From positions 12,462,001 through 12,526,000 of the forward strand of contig JBHGNT010000001.1 of NCBI GenBank assembly GCA_043228905.1: 64,000 bases of DNA, written 5' to 3'. Made by a program: the position numbers and the translations under genes. Shown one piece after another: positions 24,607 to 36,100 of the stretch. This DNA is from Azolla caroliniana (taxonomy: Eukaryota; Plantae; Polypodiophyta). Every line of letters begins with the position of its first letter. The stretch's first letter is position 1. Below the pieces are notes generated by a model that had not been told where the DNA came from, did not search any database, and worked only from the letters and a program-made list of their open reading frames with translations.

Positions 24607-25290
24607 GGTGGTGTAGTCGGTAATTGGCACGTCCCTTTGCCAGATGTTGTTGAGCTCTTGTCGGAATTTCCGGGCTGTGGTAGCGGCGACAAAAATGTTT
24701 CTGAGATTTTCCCAGGCCTCCTTTGGCAACTTTGCGTCTCTGATGTAGCCGAGCATATGATCTTGTACACAGGACGCGAGACGGTATAGCACTCTGCTTG
24801 CTCCTTGCTCCCATGCCGGGAATTCCTTGTGTGCAGGCTCTGATGCTACTTCATTCACTCCCTCGACATAACTCTAGTATCCATGTCCGAGTAGATACTG
24901 GTCCATATTGTATGACCAAGATGCATAGTTGTTCCTGTCGAGCTTCTTTGTCTGAAGCAAACTTGCCATTCCTCTGTCCAATCTTTCTTCGGTCTATTTC
25001 TTTTACCGGAAGTTAGGTTTTCGTCTATCTAGCACTTTTTGTCGGCAATAGAGGACTTCAACCCTCGCGCTCTGATACCATGTAAAAAAGTAGTGTGCAG
25101 AAGCGTGTACATGAAACCGACTTCACCGGATACCAACAGAAAATATACACAGGTTTAATGGAAAGCTTGAATCTCACAAAGAGTATATGGGAGAGACAAA
25201 GAGAGCACAACGGTAAACTCAATTAAAAAAATAACACTCTGTACATACAATATCCTACAGAACACTTTTTATAGAAATCCTTAAAAGGAC
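24607..25290 (-). mobile_element. Copia 'E' 5' fragment: gag start, PBS and part of 5' LTR (LTR resumes at about 44020-44254)
   Basis: Gag similar to that of copia F (WEQGASRVLY...EAWENLR), PBS at 25069-25080, LTR from 25081 split by copia F; the rest of E lies beyond element D, outside the window. Confidence 0.75.
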
Positions 25291-25686
25291 TGTAAAGAAT
25301 CAAGAGATGGATTCTTGTGAAGCGGAATAGGTGTGAACTATGTGTGTGTATGAGAGAGAGAGAGAGAGTGAGTGAGAGAGACAAGGAGTAAGACACAGAG
25401 TATACGCAAGGTAGATTGTATTAACAAAGGAGAAAGACTCAACATTATACAAGGTGGGAGGAGGGTGCTTTATGTAGTCACCCTCACTCTTCATTAACTA
25501 CAAGCCTCATGGAGCATGGGGAATGTGAAAGCTCATAAGTTATGTGTCATAGAATATGATTTTATGACTCATACTAAATGCTAGAATACAAAGTGGTGAC
25601 ATAATGGTGACTCTTGACCGTTGGAGTGTCTCTTCACTCTCAAGGTGAGTTCACACACTAGACCAAGTTGAGGTTGATTCTCAACA
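25291..25686 (-). repeat. 3' LTR of copia F
   Basis: Nearly identical to 43621-44014 (two substitutions seen plus GA-repeat variation). Confidence 0.95.
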
Positions 25687-26009
25687 CGCCCCCTCAAGCT
25701 CAAGTCGGGTCGGTTTCAAACAGTATCCGAAATCCGCTTCAACTCGCGTTCCGGAATCCGCATCGACTCATGTTGGCTTGCTTTATGCGGAGTTGTGGAA
25801 TCCGTGCTCCAGCTTGCGTTGTGCGTAGTTACGAAGTCTGTGCTTCAGCTTGCGTGCGTAGTTGCGAAGTCTGTGCTTCGGCTTGCGTCTTTCTTCGCAG
25901 CTTTGCGCGGTAGATTGGCTCTTCCCTGTTTCGTTGCGTGGTTGCGGAATCCACGCGTTATTGCGTAGTGCGCGGTTGCAGAATCTACGCATTATTGCGT
26001 AGTGTCTTC

Positions 26010-26555
26010 AGTACTCCCCCTCCAGCTTGGCAGGTCAGGGATCGTCAATCCGAGATCGGTCATGAATTACCATAGCTTGTCGGCTCCTAAGGCTTTAGTG
26101 AAGATGTCGGCAATTTGAAGATTGGTGCTAATGTGTTGTAGGTCGACATCACTAGCCAGAACGTGCTCTCGGATGAAGTGATAGTGCACTTCGATGTGCT
26201 TTGTCCGCGCGTGGAACACCGGGTTCCTAGCCAGATAGATACCGCTCATGTTGTCGCAATAAAGGGAAGTCGGATCCTTGATGGGTACGCCCAGATCCTT
26301 CAAAATCCTCTTGAGCCATACGGCTTCACACGCAGCTACGGCTGCGCCCCTGTATTTCGCCTCCGTACTTGAAAGAGCGACGGTAGGCTGCTTCTTGCTA
26401 CTCCAGGATATTGCTCCGCTGCCGAGGGAGGAAACAAATCCGGAGGTTGATCTTCTATCAGCTTTGTAGCCGGCCCAATCGGCGTCTTTGTACCCCTCGA
26501 GTTGTATTGGCATCGCGGTCTTGTAGAGGATGCCGCAATCCATTCTGCCGTTCAC
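26010..26555 (-). pseudogene. Copia F RNase H end
   Basis: DADWAG, DRRSTSG, KKQPTVALSSTEA, YCDN, HARTKHIEV. Confidence 0.9.
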
Positions 26556-26559
26556 ATAG

Positions 26560-26586
26560 GGGTCGAAGCACGCTACGGGGTACCAA
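26560..26586 (+). repeat. Left TIR
   Basis: Inverse of 39651-39677 with 2 mismatches. Confidence 0.93.
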
Positions 26587-27104
26587 AAAAGTACTGTTTT
26601 TGGCCACAAAAATTGTCAGTACTTTCAATACTGTTAGTACTGAATAATTCAGAAAAAAAATTAGAGAAAAAGAAAATCGATTTTGGAGAGTGGGGTGACT
26701 GTAGTACAAGTGTCATTTACTGTAGAAGGAGTGGGGGGAACACGTGAGGAGATGTTCTTCCATTTTGGGGGCTATTTTCCCCTCACGTCGATTTTGGCGC
26801 TTCCCCTCACGTCGTTTTGGCGATTCCCCTCATACTGTTCTTCCTCTATCTCTCTGAGCTTTTCATCACAGACATCCATGTCACGTTTCTGATTTTCCTT
26901 CAATCTAAATCTCAGACATCCATGTCTGGTTGGAGAGTTTGAGTTGAGGATTTCTGATTTTTTTAGGGTTTCTGTTTTTGTTAGGTTTCGGTTGAGGTAC
27001 AGAGACTGTTCTGAGGGTTTAGGTAGCAGCCAATAGTCACTTCTTTGACAACGACTTTCGTACTTCCACCGATTGCAGTTGATGTCGTGGTGATTTGGGG
27101 CTTT

Positions 27105-27900
27105 TTCCACCAAATCGAGGCGGCATTGGAGGTTCCTTCCACCAAATCGAGGCGGCATATCCAACGCTCCCTCCACCATTGGAGGTTCCTTCCACCAAAT
27201 CGAGGCTGCATATCCACGCTCCCTCCACCATTGGAGGTTCCTTCCACCAAATCGAGGCGGCATATCCAACGCTCCCTCCACCATTAGAGGTTCCTTCCAT
27301 CCTTTTTTTTATTTTCAGTACTAAAATGTTTCATTTCTTCATATTTCAGTACTAAATTTTTAGAATTGACATTTGCCATATTTGATATGTAATTCTAATG
27401 TTTGAAACAAAATATTTCTCACTTTGCAGGCCACATTTAAAAACATTTGATTGTGTTTTCTTGGTTGAGTCTATATATCCACGCTCCCTCCACCATTGGA
27501 GGTTCCTTCCATCCATTTTTTTCATTTTCAGTACTAAAATGTTTCATTTCTTCATATTTCAGTACTAAATTTTTAGAATTGACATTTGCCATATTTGATA
27601 TGTAATTCTAATGTTTGAAACAAAATATTTCTCACTTTGCAGGCCACATTTAAAAACATTTGATTGTGTTTTCTTGGTTGAGTCTATATATCCACGCTCC
27701 CTCCACCATTGGAGGTTCCTTCCATCCATTTTTTTCATTTTCAGTACTAAAATGTTTCATTTCTTCATATTTCAGTACTAAATTTTTAGAATTGACATTT
27801 GCCATATTTGATATGTAATTCTAATGTTTGAAACAAAATATTTCTCACTTTGCAGGCCACATTTAAAAACATTTGATTGTGTTTTCTTGGTTGAGTCTAT
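27105..27900. repeat. Subterminal tandem repeats: about 52-bp units, then three units of about 212 bp
   Basis: CCACCAAATCGAGG recurs at about 27139, 27192, 27244; ACGCTCCCTCCACCATT at 27269, 27481, 27694. Confidence 0.9.
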
Positions 27901-27957
27901 ATAACATTAACTACTTTCGCAAGACACTTAATTTTTGTGGATAAATCTAGTGACCGA

Positions 27958-30900
27958 ATGGGGGTTCCTAACGAGAGTGAGTTGTCAAGTAACTCATGCA
28001 TATCTGAAAGGACTAAGAGACGAGTGGTTCTTCACATAGTTCGTTATTTGGTAGAAATAACGAAGAGATTTAGTGAAGAGGATCGTAGGGATATTATTTG
28101 TAGAGTGTTACACCATCAAAGTTTGAATGAAGACATGGAGAGAATAAAATTTAGGGACCAATGTGTTTCAGAAGAGATTGTGGAGTCTATGAAGTCATCC
28201 CTAGACTTAGTGAAAGGTGTAGAGAGCTTAGACAAACTTGCTGCAAAGAGGGCAGCCCTACACATGGTTGTGAATGGTGTGAGAGAAAAAAAATATAGTG
28301 ATACTAAAGTTGCCTTAGCCCTGGGTATTCAAAGAAGGAACTTGAGGAAACATCGCCGAAATATACACTCAAGCAAATTCAAGTGGCTGGGGTCGGGACG
28401 TAGACGACGATGTGATGCCTTATCTCAAGAGATTATTGAGAAAGTGGATTCATTTTGGGCCAAAAATACGCGTGTCTCACCAAATAAGAAGGACGTGTGT
28501 AGACAACGAATAAGTCAGGGTAAGTACCAGATTCACCCTAGACACTTCTTGGAGATGACAGAGGTATTCCATTTTTTTATATCAATTCACATTCCATAAC
28601 TTTGTGTTTTGACCAAGTGTATATTAATGTTTGCTATATATATTGGTTGATGTAGGCTGAATTGTACATGAACTTTAAAGACCAACATCCAAGCTTGACT
28701 GTCGGATTCCGCAAGTTCCAAGGTTTGAAACCATTTTATGTTAGAAAATTAAATGAGAGGAATACATGTTGTTGTGTGTACCATGTGAAGATGGACATGT
28801 TAAGGGTTTCTGTGAATGCAATGCGTACTGATTCTAAGGGTATACATGGGGAATTATGTGTCTGCACTTGTGAGATTTGTAGACCAAATGGGGAGGATAA
28901 TAGGTGTAATGCACGAAACATGACTTATGCATCCGTTTCTGAGCTATGGAGGTCTTGTGTTTGTGAAAAAGAACCATCGTGTGAGTGGCATCGTCGTACA
29001 TGTCTATTAAGAACATGTAAGGTTTGTCCGCTACCATTATTTTGTAGGCAGGAGCTTGATATGGGAAATAGTCATATCGTGAAATGGAAATATTTGGAGT
29101 ATGTGACTGAAAATATTGGCAAGGGAGTTGTAACTAAGCGTATCAAGGAAGTATATAAGGAGACATGTGCTGCTACCCTTGTCTCAGAATTTAAGAAACA
29201 ACTTGGGGAGTTTATTCCACATAACTTCCGGAGTTATTGGCAAAATTCACAGTTCAAGGAATGTATTAATAACTTACCAACGGGTGTCATTGTATCTGTT
29301 ATTGATTTTGCAGAAAACTATACATTTAAAGTTCAAAATGAGGTTCAATCAATGCATTGGTACAATGATCAATGTACAATACTTGTACATATTTGCTATT
29401 GGAGGCAAGACGGTGAGTTACATAAGAAATCAATATTTTACATTTCAGATGATAAAAAGCATGATACACTATTTGTTCAACATTGTTTTAAGCTTCACCA
29501 TGCAGATTTATTTTCTCTAGGGTTAACCTTTAACCGTCATTGGGTTTGGTCTGATGGTGCTGCCTCGCAGTTTAAGGCGGCACGATCGTTCTACTTTATC
29601 GCCAGGTAATTTTTAATCCATATGTTTAATACTTATCATGCAATGTGTAAGGAAGTAAATCTTGTGTTAGTGGATGCATACTAATTATGTTTGTAACTAT
29701 TAACAAACAGTACTAGTCACATCGATGCATACTAATTATGTTTCTAACTATTCGAATCTTGCACTTGTGAATGGATGCATGCATACTAATTTTGTTTGTA
29801 TTATGTTGTACTAAGCAACTTTTAATCCATGTGAAGTGTTCTCCATAGACACATTGTACTATGTTGTGTGTTGGTTCTGTACTATGTTGTGTTTACAAAA
29901 GGATGTAAAGTACTCATCTTGTACTCATAGTATTGTCCGTCCTTAAGAGAATTGTACTAAGTATCGATTAATCCATGTGAAGGGTTCTCCATAGACACAT
30001 TGTACTATGTTGTGTGTTGGTTTTGTACTATGTTGTGTTTACAAAAGGATGTAAAGTACTCATCTTGTACTTATAGTATTGTCCGTCCATAAGAGAATTG
30101 TACTAATTATGTTTTAATCCATGTGAAGGGTTCTCCATATACACATTGTACTATGTTGTGTGTTGGTTCTGTACTATGTTGTGTTTACAAAAGGATGTAA
30201 AGTACTCATCTTGTACTTATAGTATTGTCCGTCCTTAAGAGAATTGTACTAATTATGTTTTAATCCATGTGAAGGGTTCTCCATAGACACATTGTACTAT
30301 GTTGTGTGTTGGTTTTGTACTATGTTGTGTTTACAAAAGGATGTAAAGTACTCATCTTGTACTTATAGTATTGTCCGTCCTTAAGAGAATTGTACTAATT
30401 ATGTTTTAATCCATGTGAAGGGTTCTCCATAGACACATTGTACTATGTTGTGTTTACAAAAGGATGTAAAGTACTCATCTTGTACTTATAGTATTGTCCG
30501 TCCTTAAGAGAATTGTACTAATTATGTTTTAATCCATGTGAAGGGTTCTCCATAGACACATTGTACTATGTTGTGTGTTGGTTTTGTACTATGTTGTGTT
30601 TACAAAAGGATGTAAAGTACTCATCTTGTACTTATAGTATTGTCCGTCCTTAAGAGAATTGTACTAATTATGTTTTAATCCATGTGAAGGGTTCTCCATA
30701 GACACATTGTACTATGTTGTGTGTCCTATCTGTACTATGTTGTGTTTACAGGAGGATGTAAAGTACTCATCTTGTACTCATAGTATTGTCCGTCCTTAAG
30801 AGAATTGTACTAAGTATCGATTAATCCATGTGAAGGGTTCTCCATAGACACATTGTACTATGTTGTGTGTTGGTTTTGTACTATGTTGTGTTTACAAAAG

Positions 30901-32051
30901 GATGTAAAGTACTCATCTTGTACTTATAGTATTGTCCGTCCTTAAGAGAATTGTACTAATTATGTTTTAATCCATGTGAAGGGTTCTCCATAGACACATT
31001 GTACTATGTTGTGTGTTGTATCTGTACTATGTTGTGTTTACAGGAGGATATAAAGTACTCATCTTGTACTCATAGTATTGTCCGTCCTTAAGAGAATTGT
31101 ACTAAATCAGTATTTACTCATGTTGTACTCATAGTATTGTACTCATCTTGTACTCACCAAAGCAGGTATTTCTCCTTATTCAATATTCGTATGCAATGGA
31201 ATTACTTCGGGTCTGGACATGGAAAAGGAGAGCATGATGGCGCGGGGGCTGTGATCAAACGTGCCCTTACAAGTGAGCAGTTGGATAATAATGGCGCTAA
31301 GTTACAAAATGCACATGATGTTGTGCAGTGGCTAACATGGAAGATGTCAAATGATGGTAAGAACAGATTGTTTGTTGAAGTTCGCGCTGATGAGGTCGAT
31401 AGAACTAAATCATATGGTTGTAAAACCGTGAAAGGGACACGCAGCACCCATTGTGTGTTAGGGTTTAGCCGCAAGGACACAACCCAATTGTTACTCCGTA
31501 GTTTATCATGCTTTTGTTCCATGTGTCTAGATGAAGCTTGGGATAAATGCATCAACCTATCAATCGTGGAGCCCTGGAAGCTGCAGAAGCTTGAGCCTGA
31601 ACTACAAGATGATATTGAAGAGGATGTGCATTCAAACGATATTGTATACTACAACCAAAATCAAGACTTGGCAGTTTTATTGGAAGTTGGAGATCATTTT
31701 GCAGTGCTCAAATATTCTCAGAATGAAGATTTAGAAGACTACTACATTGTGGTGTGCAAGCAAGGAAAGACATTATTGAAAGAAGTGGTGAGGGATGGTT
31801 GGGGCAACAATTTCAATGTTGGTGAGTCTGTCGTGTATGGAAACTATTATGCAAAGTTGCCGCAGTGCAAGAACACATATGCATTACTAAAAGAAGCACC
31901 CATCGCAATAATCTACGCTGATGCCATTCTTGCGATCAAATTCAATATGACTCAAGCAAAGCACAAGGTTAAGGGATACAACACTGTCTACAAGGTCCCC
32001 CAAGAGGTTCATGAGCACATATTAGGGGAGGTCTCTCTATTTAATGCTTGA
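27958..32051 (+). CDS. Spliced DDD-type transposase (Sola2-like), about 813 aa; exons 27958-28563, 28656-29605, 31166-32051
   Basis: GT-AG introns join three ORFs in phase (MTE|AELY; FIAR|YFSL); motifs VIDFAENY, YISDDKKHD, WSDGAASQFK, FGSGHGKGEHDG; Cys-rich CCCVYH and CxC clusters, later SCFCSMC. Start codon uncertain. Confidence 0.85.
29820..31110. repeat. 146-bp tandem array (about 9 copies) filling transposase intron 2
   Basis: ATCCATGTGAAG at 29825, 29971, 30117, 30263, 30409, 30532, 30678, 30824, 30970. Confidence 0.95.
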
Positions 32052-32069
32052 AAGTCACCCTATCAATAC

Positions 32070-33130
32070 ATTGTACTAGAAAACTGAAAAACATCCACTT
32101 GGAGTTCACTATTAATTTTGATGATTGACAAATGAATTGATATATTTCGTCTTTCTTCCAAAGGGTTTATGCCTCTCAACCACTTGTACTTATCTTTCAT
32201 AATATATTAGTTGTTATCAACAGGACTTGGATTTCTTCATTGCCGATATTGCTCATGTTTCCTGATGTTATTTGAGCATAGGAGTTTTGCAGAGTTGGTG
32301 TGTCCTCTGTTGGCACATAAATCTGCTCTTCTTTTGCTACCAAGAGAAGATTGTTAGTTGAATTCATTAAAGACTTTAATATTGTAAGATTTTCTACTGT
32401 AAGTTCATTTTTCAAAGGGGGCGATGAATTCTGTGAAGACAACAATGAAAATTATTCTCTCAGAATCCTTTTTTGTTTCATGATATGTCCTGTGAAGCCA
32501 TCTGAGTTTTTACTTCTTGTATATAAGTCCTGAATATCCAGGCTATGGATTTTAAAGTACAAACCTTCCTTTCCTTAACAAAATAATCCAACTTTTGAAA
32601 CAATAATTTGTGATAGCTCAAAAAGGTAAGTGTTTCCTTACTACTGTTAGTGGATGATTCATCCTTTGGGATGATATCATCAAAATATGGCCCACATTGC
32701 TTCAACAATTTGCACACATTCTGGTTACCGTCCAAATGGGATTGATGAAACAGTCTATACTTCAGGATATCTTCAATAACACCCGATACCCGATATTTTC
32801 TGTTTCTCATCATCAACACCTAAAAACCTAAATTTTCCTAGCAAGCTAAGAAGACTTTCAAGCATTTTATCTACAATAGACTGAAAGACTTTGCGAGGAT
32901 TAGGAGATGATCTCAAAAAAGAAACAAAACGTTGTAAAATAAGAATACTTAGATCAAAAAGTATATTCCCATTGTTTTTGATATATGTTGATGAGCAAAA
33001 TATAGAAGCAATCCTTAAACATGAACTTGATTTCACACTGGTATAACTATTTCAGATTCATGAACTGGATTTTTTACATTGGCAATTGAAACAGTATTTT
33101 GGTATCCAAATAGTTCAATTTCAGACATCA
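32070..33130 (-). pseudogene. Possible degenerate coding remnant between the two transposon genes
   Basis: Short overlapping minus-strand ORFs (33036-32773, 32819-32478, 32445-32197) that could join by frameshifts; no motif recognised. Confidence 0.25.
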
Positions 33131-33165
33131 CTAACAACTAAAGTTCAAGTACAATCGAAAGACAA

Positions 33166-36100
33166 TCAGGCACTAGAGGGTAACTTGGCCGATCTTGTAA
33201 TGCGCTTGTTGTTGGTGCCAGATTTTTCTGATTTTACATTCTTCTTTATCTTAAAGCCTTTAGGTATGAGCTGACTAAGTGGCACTTCATCATCAGAGGC
33301 ATCAGAGACAGGCGTGGATGCGCGGGCACCTTGTACTGGTGGCAAGCTTGAGAGAGCAACTATGTTTTCTGCAACTGCAATGCTTGTACACAAATCCACA
33401 AAGGTGCTGTCGATAGACAAATTATCACTCATCTCCTGAATGCTTGTACTCCTAGCGATCTTTATTGCCCTATCATCATCACCGATGCCTATACACTCGT
33501 TCTTATTAGACTCCTGTATGTGGACCGTGGCAGTAGTCATGGTCAACTCCTCTTGTACGATGGATGTCACCTCATTCTTAAGACAACGTTGTTCGCTCTG
33601 AGTACAATCAGGCCCACCTTCATTAGTAACGTTGTTCACTCTACACTCCTCATGGGATTCTGTACAATCAGGCTTATCTTCAGGGAAAGCGATGTTCTTT
33701 CCACGATCCTCATGGGCTTCACAAGACACTACTAGCACATTCTCAGTACAATCAAGCTCCTCTTCATTACTAGCAATGTTCTTTCCATGATCCTCATGGG
33801 AATCTTTAGATAGTACTAGCACATTATCAGTACAATCAGTCTTCTCTTCAGTACTTGCCATATTCTTTCCACACTCTTCATGGGCTTCAATCTTCTCTTC
33901 AGTACTTGCCATATTCTTTCCACACTCATAGGCTTCTTTAGACATAGTGTTGTTTGTACATGCCAGCTGCTCTTCACATATGAATGCTTCGTTTTTCTCA
34001 CAATCCTCATGTGTGGAAGATGTGCTTCTAGAGTCTGCCTCCTTGCAAAGGTTAATTTGATTCTGACTCTGATGGGAATCTGATTCTGCACTTGTGCTCC
34101 ATGAAGTTCCCGATTCATTTGATTGCAGTTGGGAATCAGACTGCTCTTGTAAACCTAATTAATGGGATTCCAAAGAATATTGGTATGAACTCACATACTC
34201 AAAAGTTTGCAAACAATGAACATAGGGTTTAGGGCCACATTTTTACCTAATGTTACATCGTCATACTGTACAGCCGTAGATACCCCATTGCAAGTGGTGG
34301 GCTCGGTCATCTTCTCCACAACATCTAGGTGCTCAACAGTGTTGTTATGATCTATAATAACAACAAGAATAGGGTTGTTATGAGCTAAATCATTGTTTTC
34401 AAAGTCTGGCTTTTGACGTGTACCTGGGAGTGTGATAAATTCGTCTTCATGATCAGGTTTTGGACTCGTATCTCCGTCACCAAATATCATTTCATCATCA
34501 GCTAGTAACACAAGTACATGGTATTAGACAATGGATTAGGTTGACAATGCTCCAGACAGGTGAGAACTTATATGACTCACCATTGCATTCAACTTTGCCT
34601 TTCTTGCCGTTTCCATACAACATTCTTGCAGCATTTCTCTTCTTACTGGGCTCTATTTGTAAAGAAACTGCATTTCTCTTCTTAGTGGGCTCTATTTCTT
34701 GATGTTGACCGGAGCTTGGGGAATTTGTTTGTAGAAGCATATGTTCCACTGCTCCAATGGCCCTTCTCATACATTCATCCTCATCATAAAAATCATAGGT
34801 TATTGGTAATGATGGTCCCTGAACCTTGGAATGTGCAGCAGATATTGAGGGTTTAGGCACAGGGGCTGGTTGTTCCATTACCTTCCCTGGCGTGGAGTTG
34901 CTTGACACTACAACATTCATTGCAACAAACAAAAAAACCTTGAATGTTAGTACCATCATCTAAAATATATAATGTAGGTCACAAGAGCTGCTTCCCATTT
35001 TACACAATGTACCAGTCATGAACAATGTACTACTCACATAGTTCCTAAATTATTGAACTAGTACTAATAAGGAACACTGTACTGCTCACTTAGTTCCCAA
35101 TTTACACGATTAGTACTAATCATGCACAACATACACAAGTAGTACTAATCATGCACAATATACTACTCACTTAGTTACCAAATTACACAAGTACTAATCC
35201 CGAAAAATGTACCACTGACTAAGTCAAATTAATAAGTAGTACTAATCTTGAACAATGTACTACTCACTTATTTCCTAAATCACTGAACTAGTACTAATCC
35301 CGAACAACGCAATGCTCACTTAGTTCCCAATTTACACAAGTAGTACTAATCATGCACAATATACTACTCACTTAGTTAGCAAATTACACAAGGAGTACTA
35401 ATGCCGAACAACGTAATGCTCACTTAGTTCCCAATTTACACAAGTAGTACTAATCATGCACAATATACTACTCACTTAGTTAGCAAATTACACAAGGAGT
35501 ACTAATCCCGAACAATGTACTGCTCACTTAGTTCCCAATTTACACAAGTAGTACTAATCATGCACAATATACTACTCACTTAGTTACCTAATTACACAAG
35601 GAGTACTAATCCCGAACAACGTAATGCTCACTTAGTTCCCAATTTACACAAGTAGTACTAATCATGCACAATATACTACTCACTTAGTTAGCAAATTACA
35701 CAAGGAGTACTAATCCCGAACAATGTACTGCTCACTTAGTTCCCAATTTACACAAGTAATACTAATCATGCACAATATACTACTCACTTAGTTACCAAAT
35801 TACACAAGGAGTACTAATCCCGAACAATGTACTGCTCACTTAGTTCCCAATTTACACAAGTAGTACTAATCATGCACAATATACTACTCACTTAGTTAGC
35901 AAATTACACAAGGAGTACTAATCCCGAACAATGTACCACTGACTTAGTCAAATTACACAATTAGTACTAATCCTGAACAATGTACTACTCAACAATGTAC
36001 CACTGACTTAGTCAAATTACACAATTAGTACTAATCCTGAACAATGTACTACTCAACAATGTACCACTGACTTAGTCAAATTACACAATTAGTACTAATC

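Noticed and set aside
26772-27355. Overlapping ORFs in the left subterminal region
   Set aside because: Produced by the 52-bp repeats in several frames on both strands; no domain recognised.
29820-31110. Regular repeat array resembling a CRISPR
   Set aside because: Whole 146-bp units repeat with no unique spacers, there are no cas-like ORFs, and the array lies in a spliceosomal intron.
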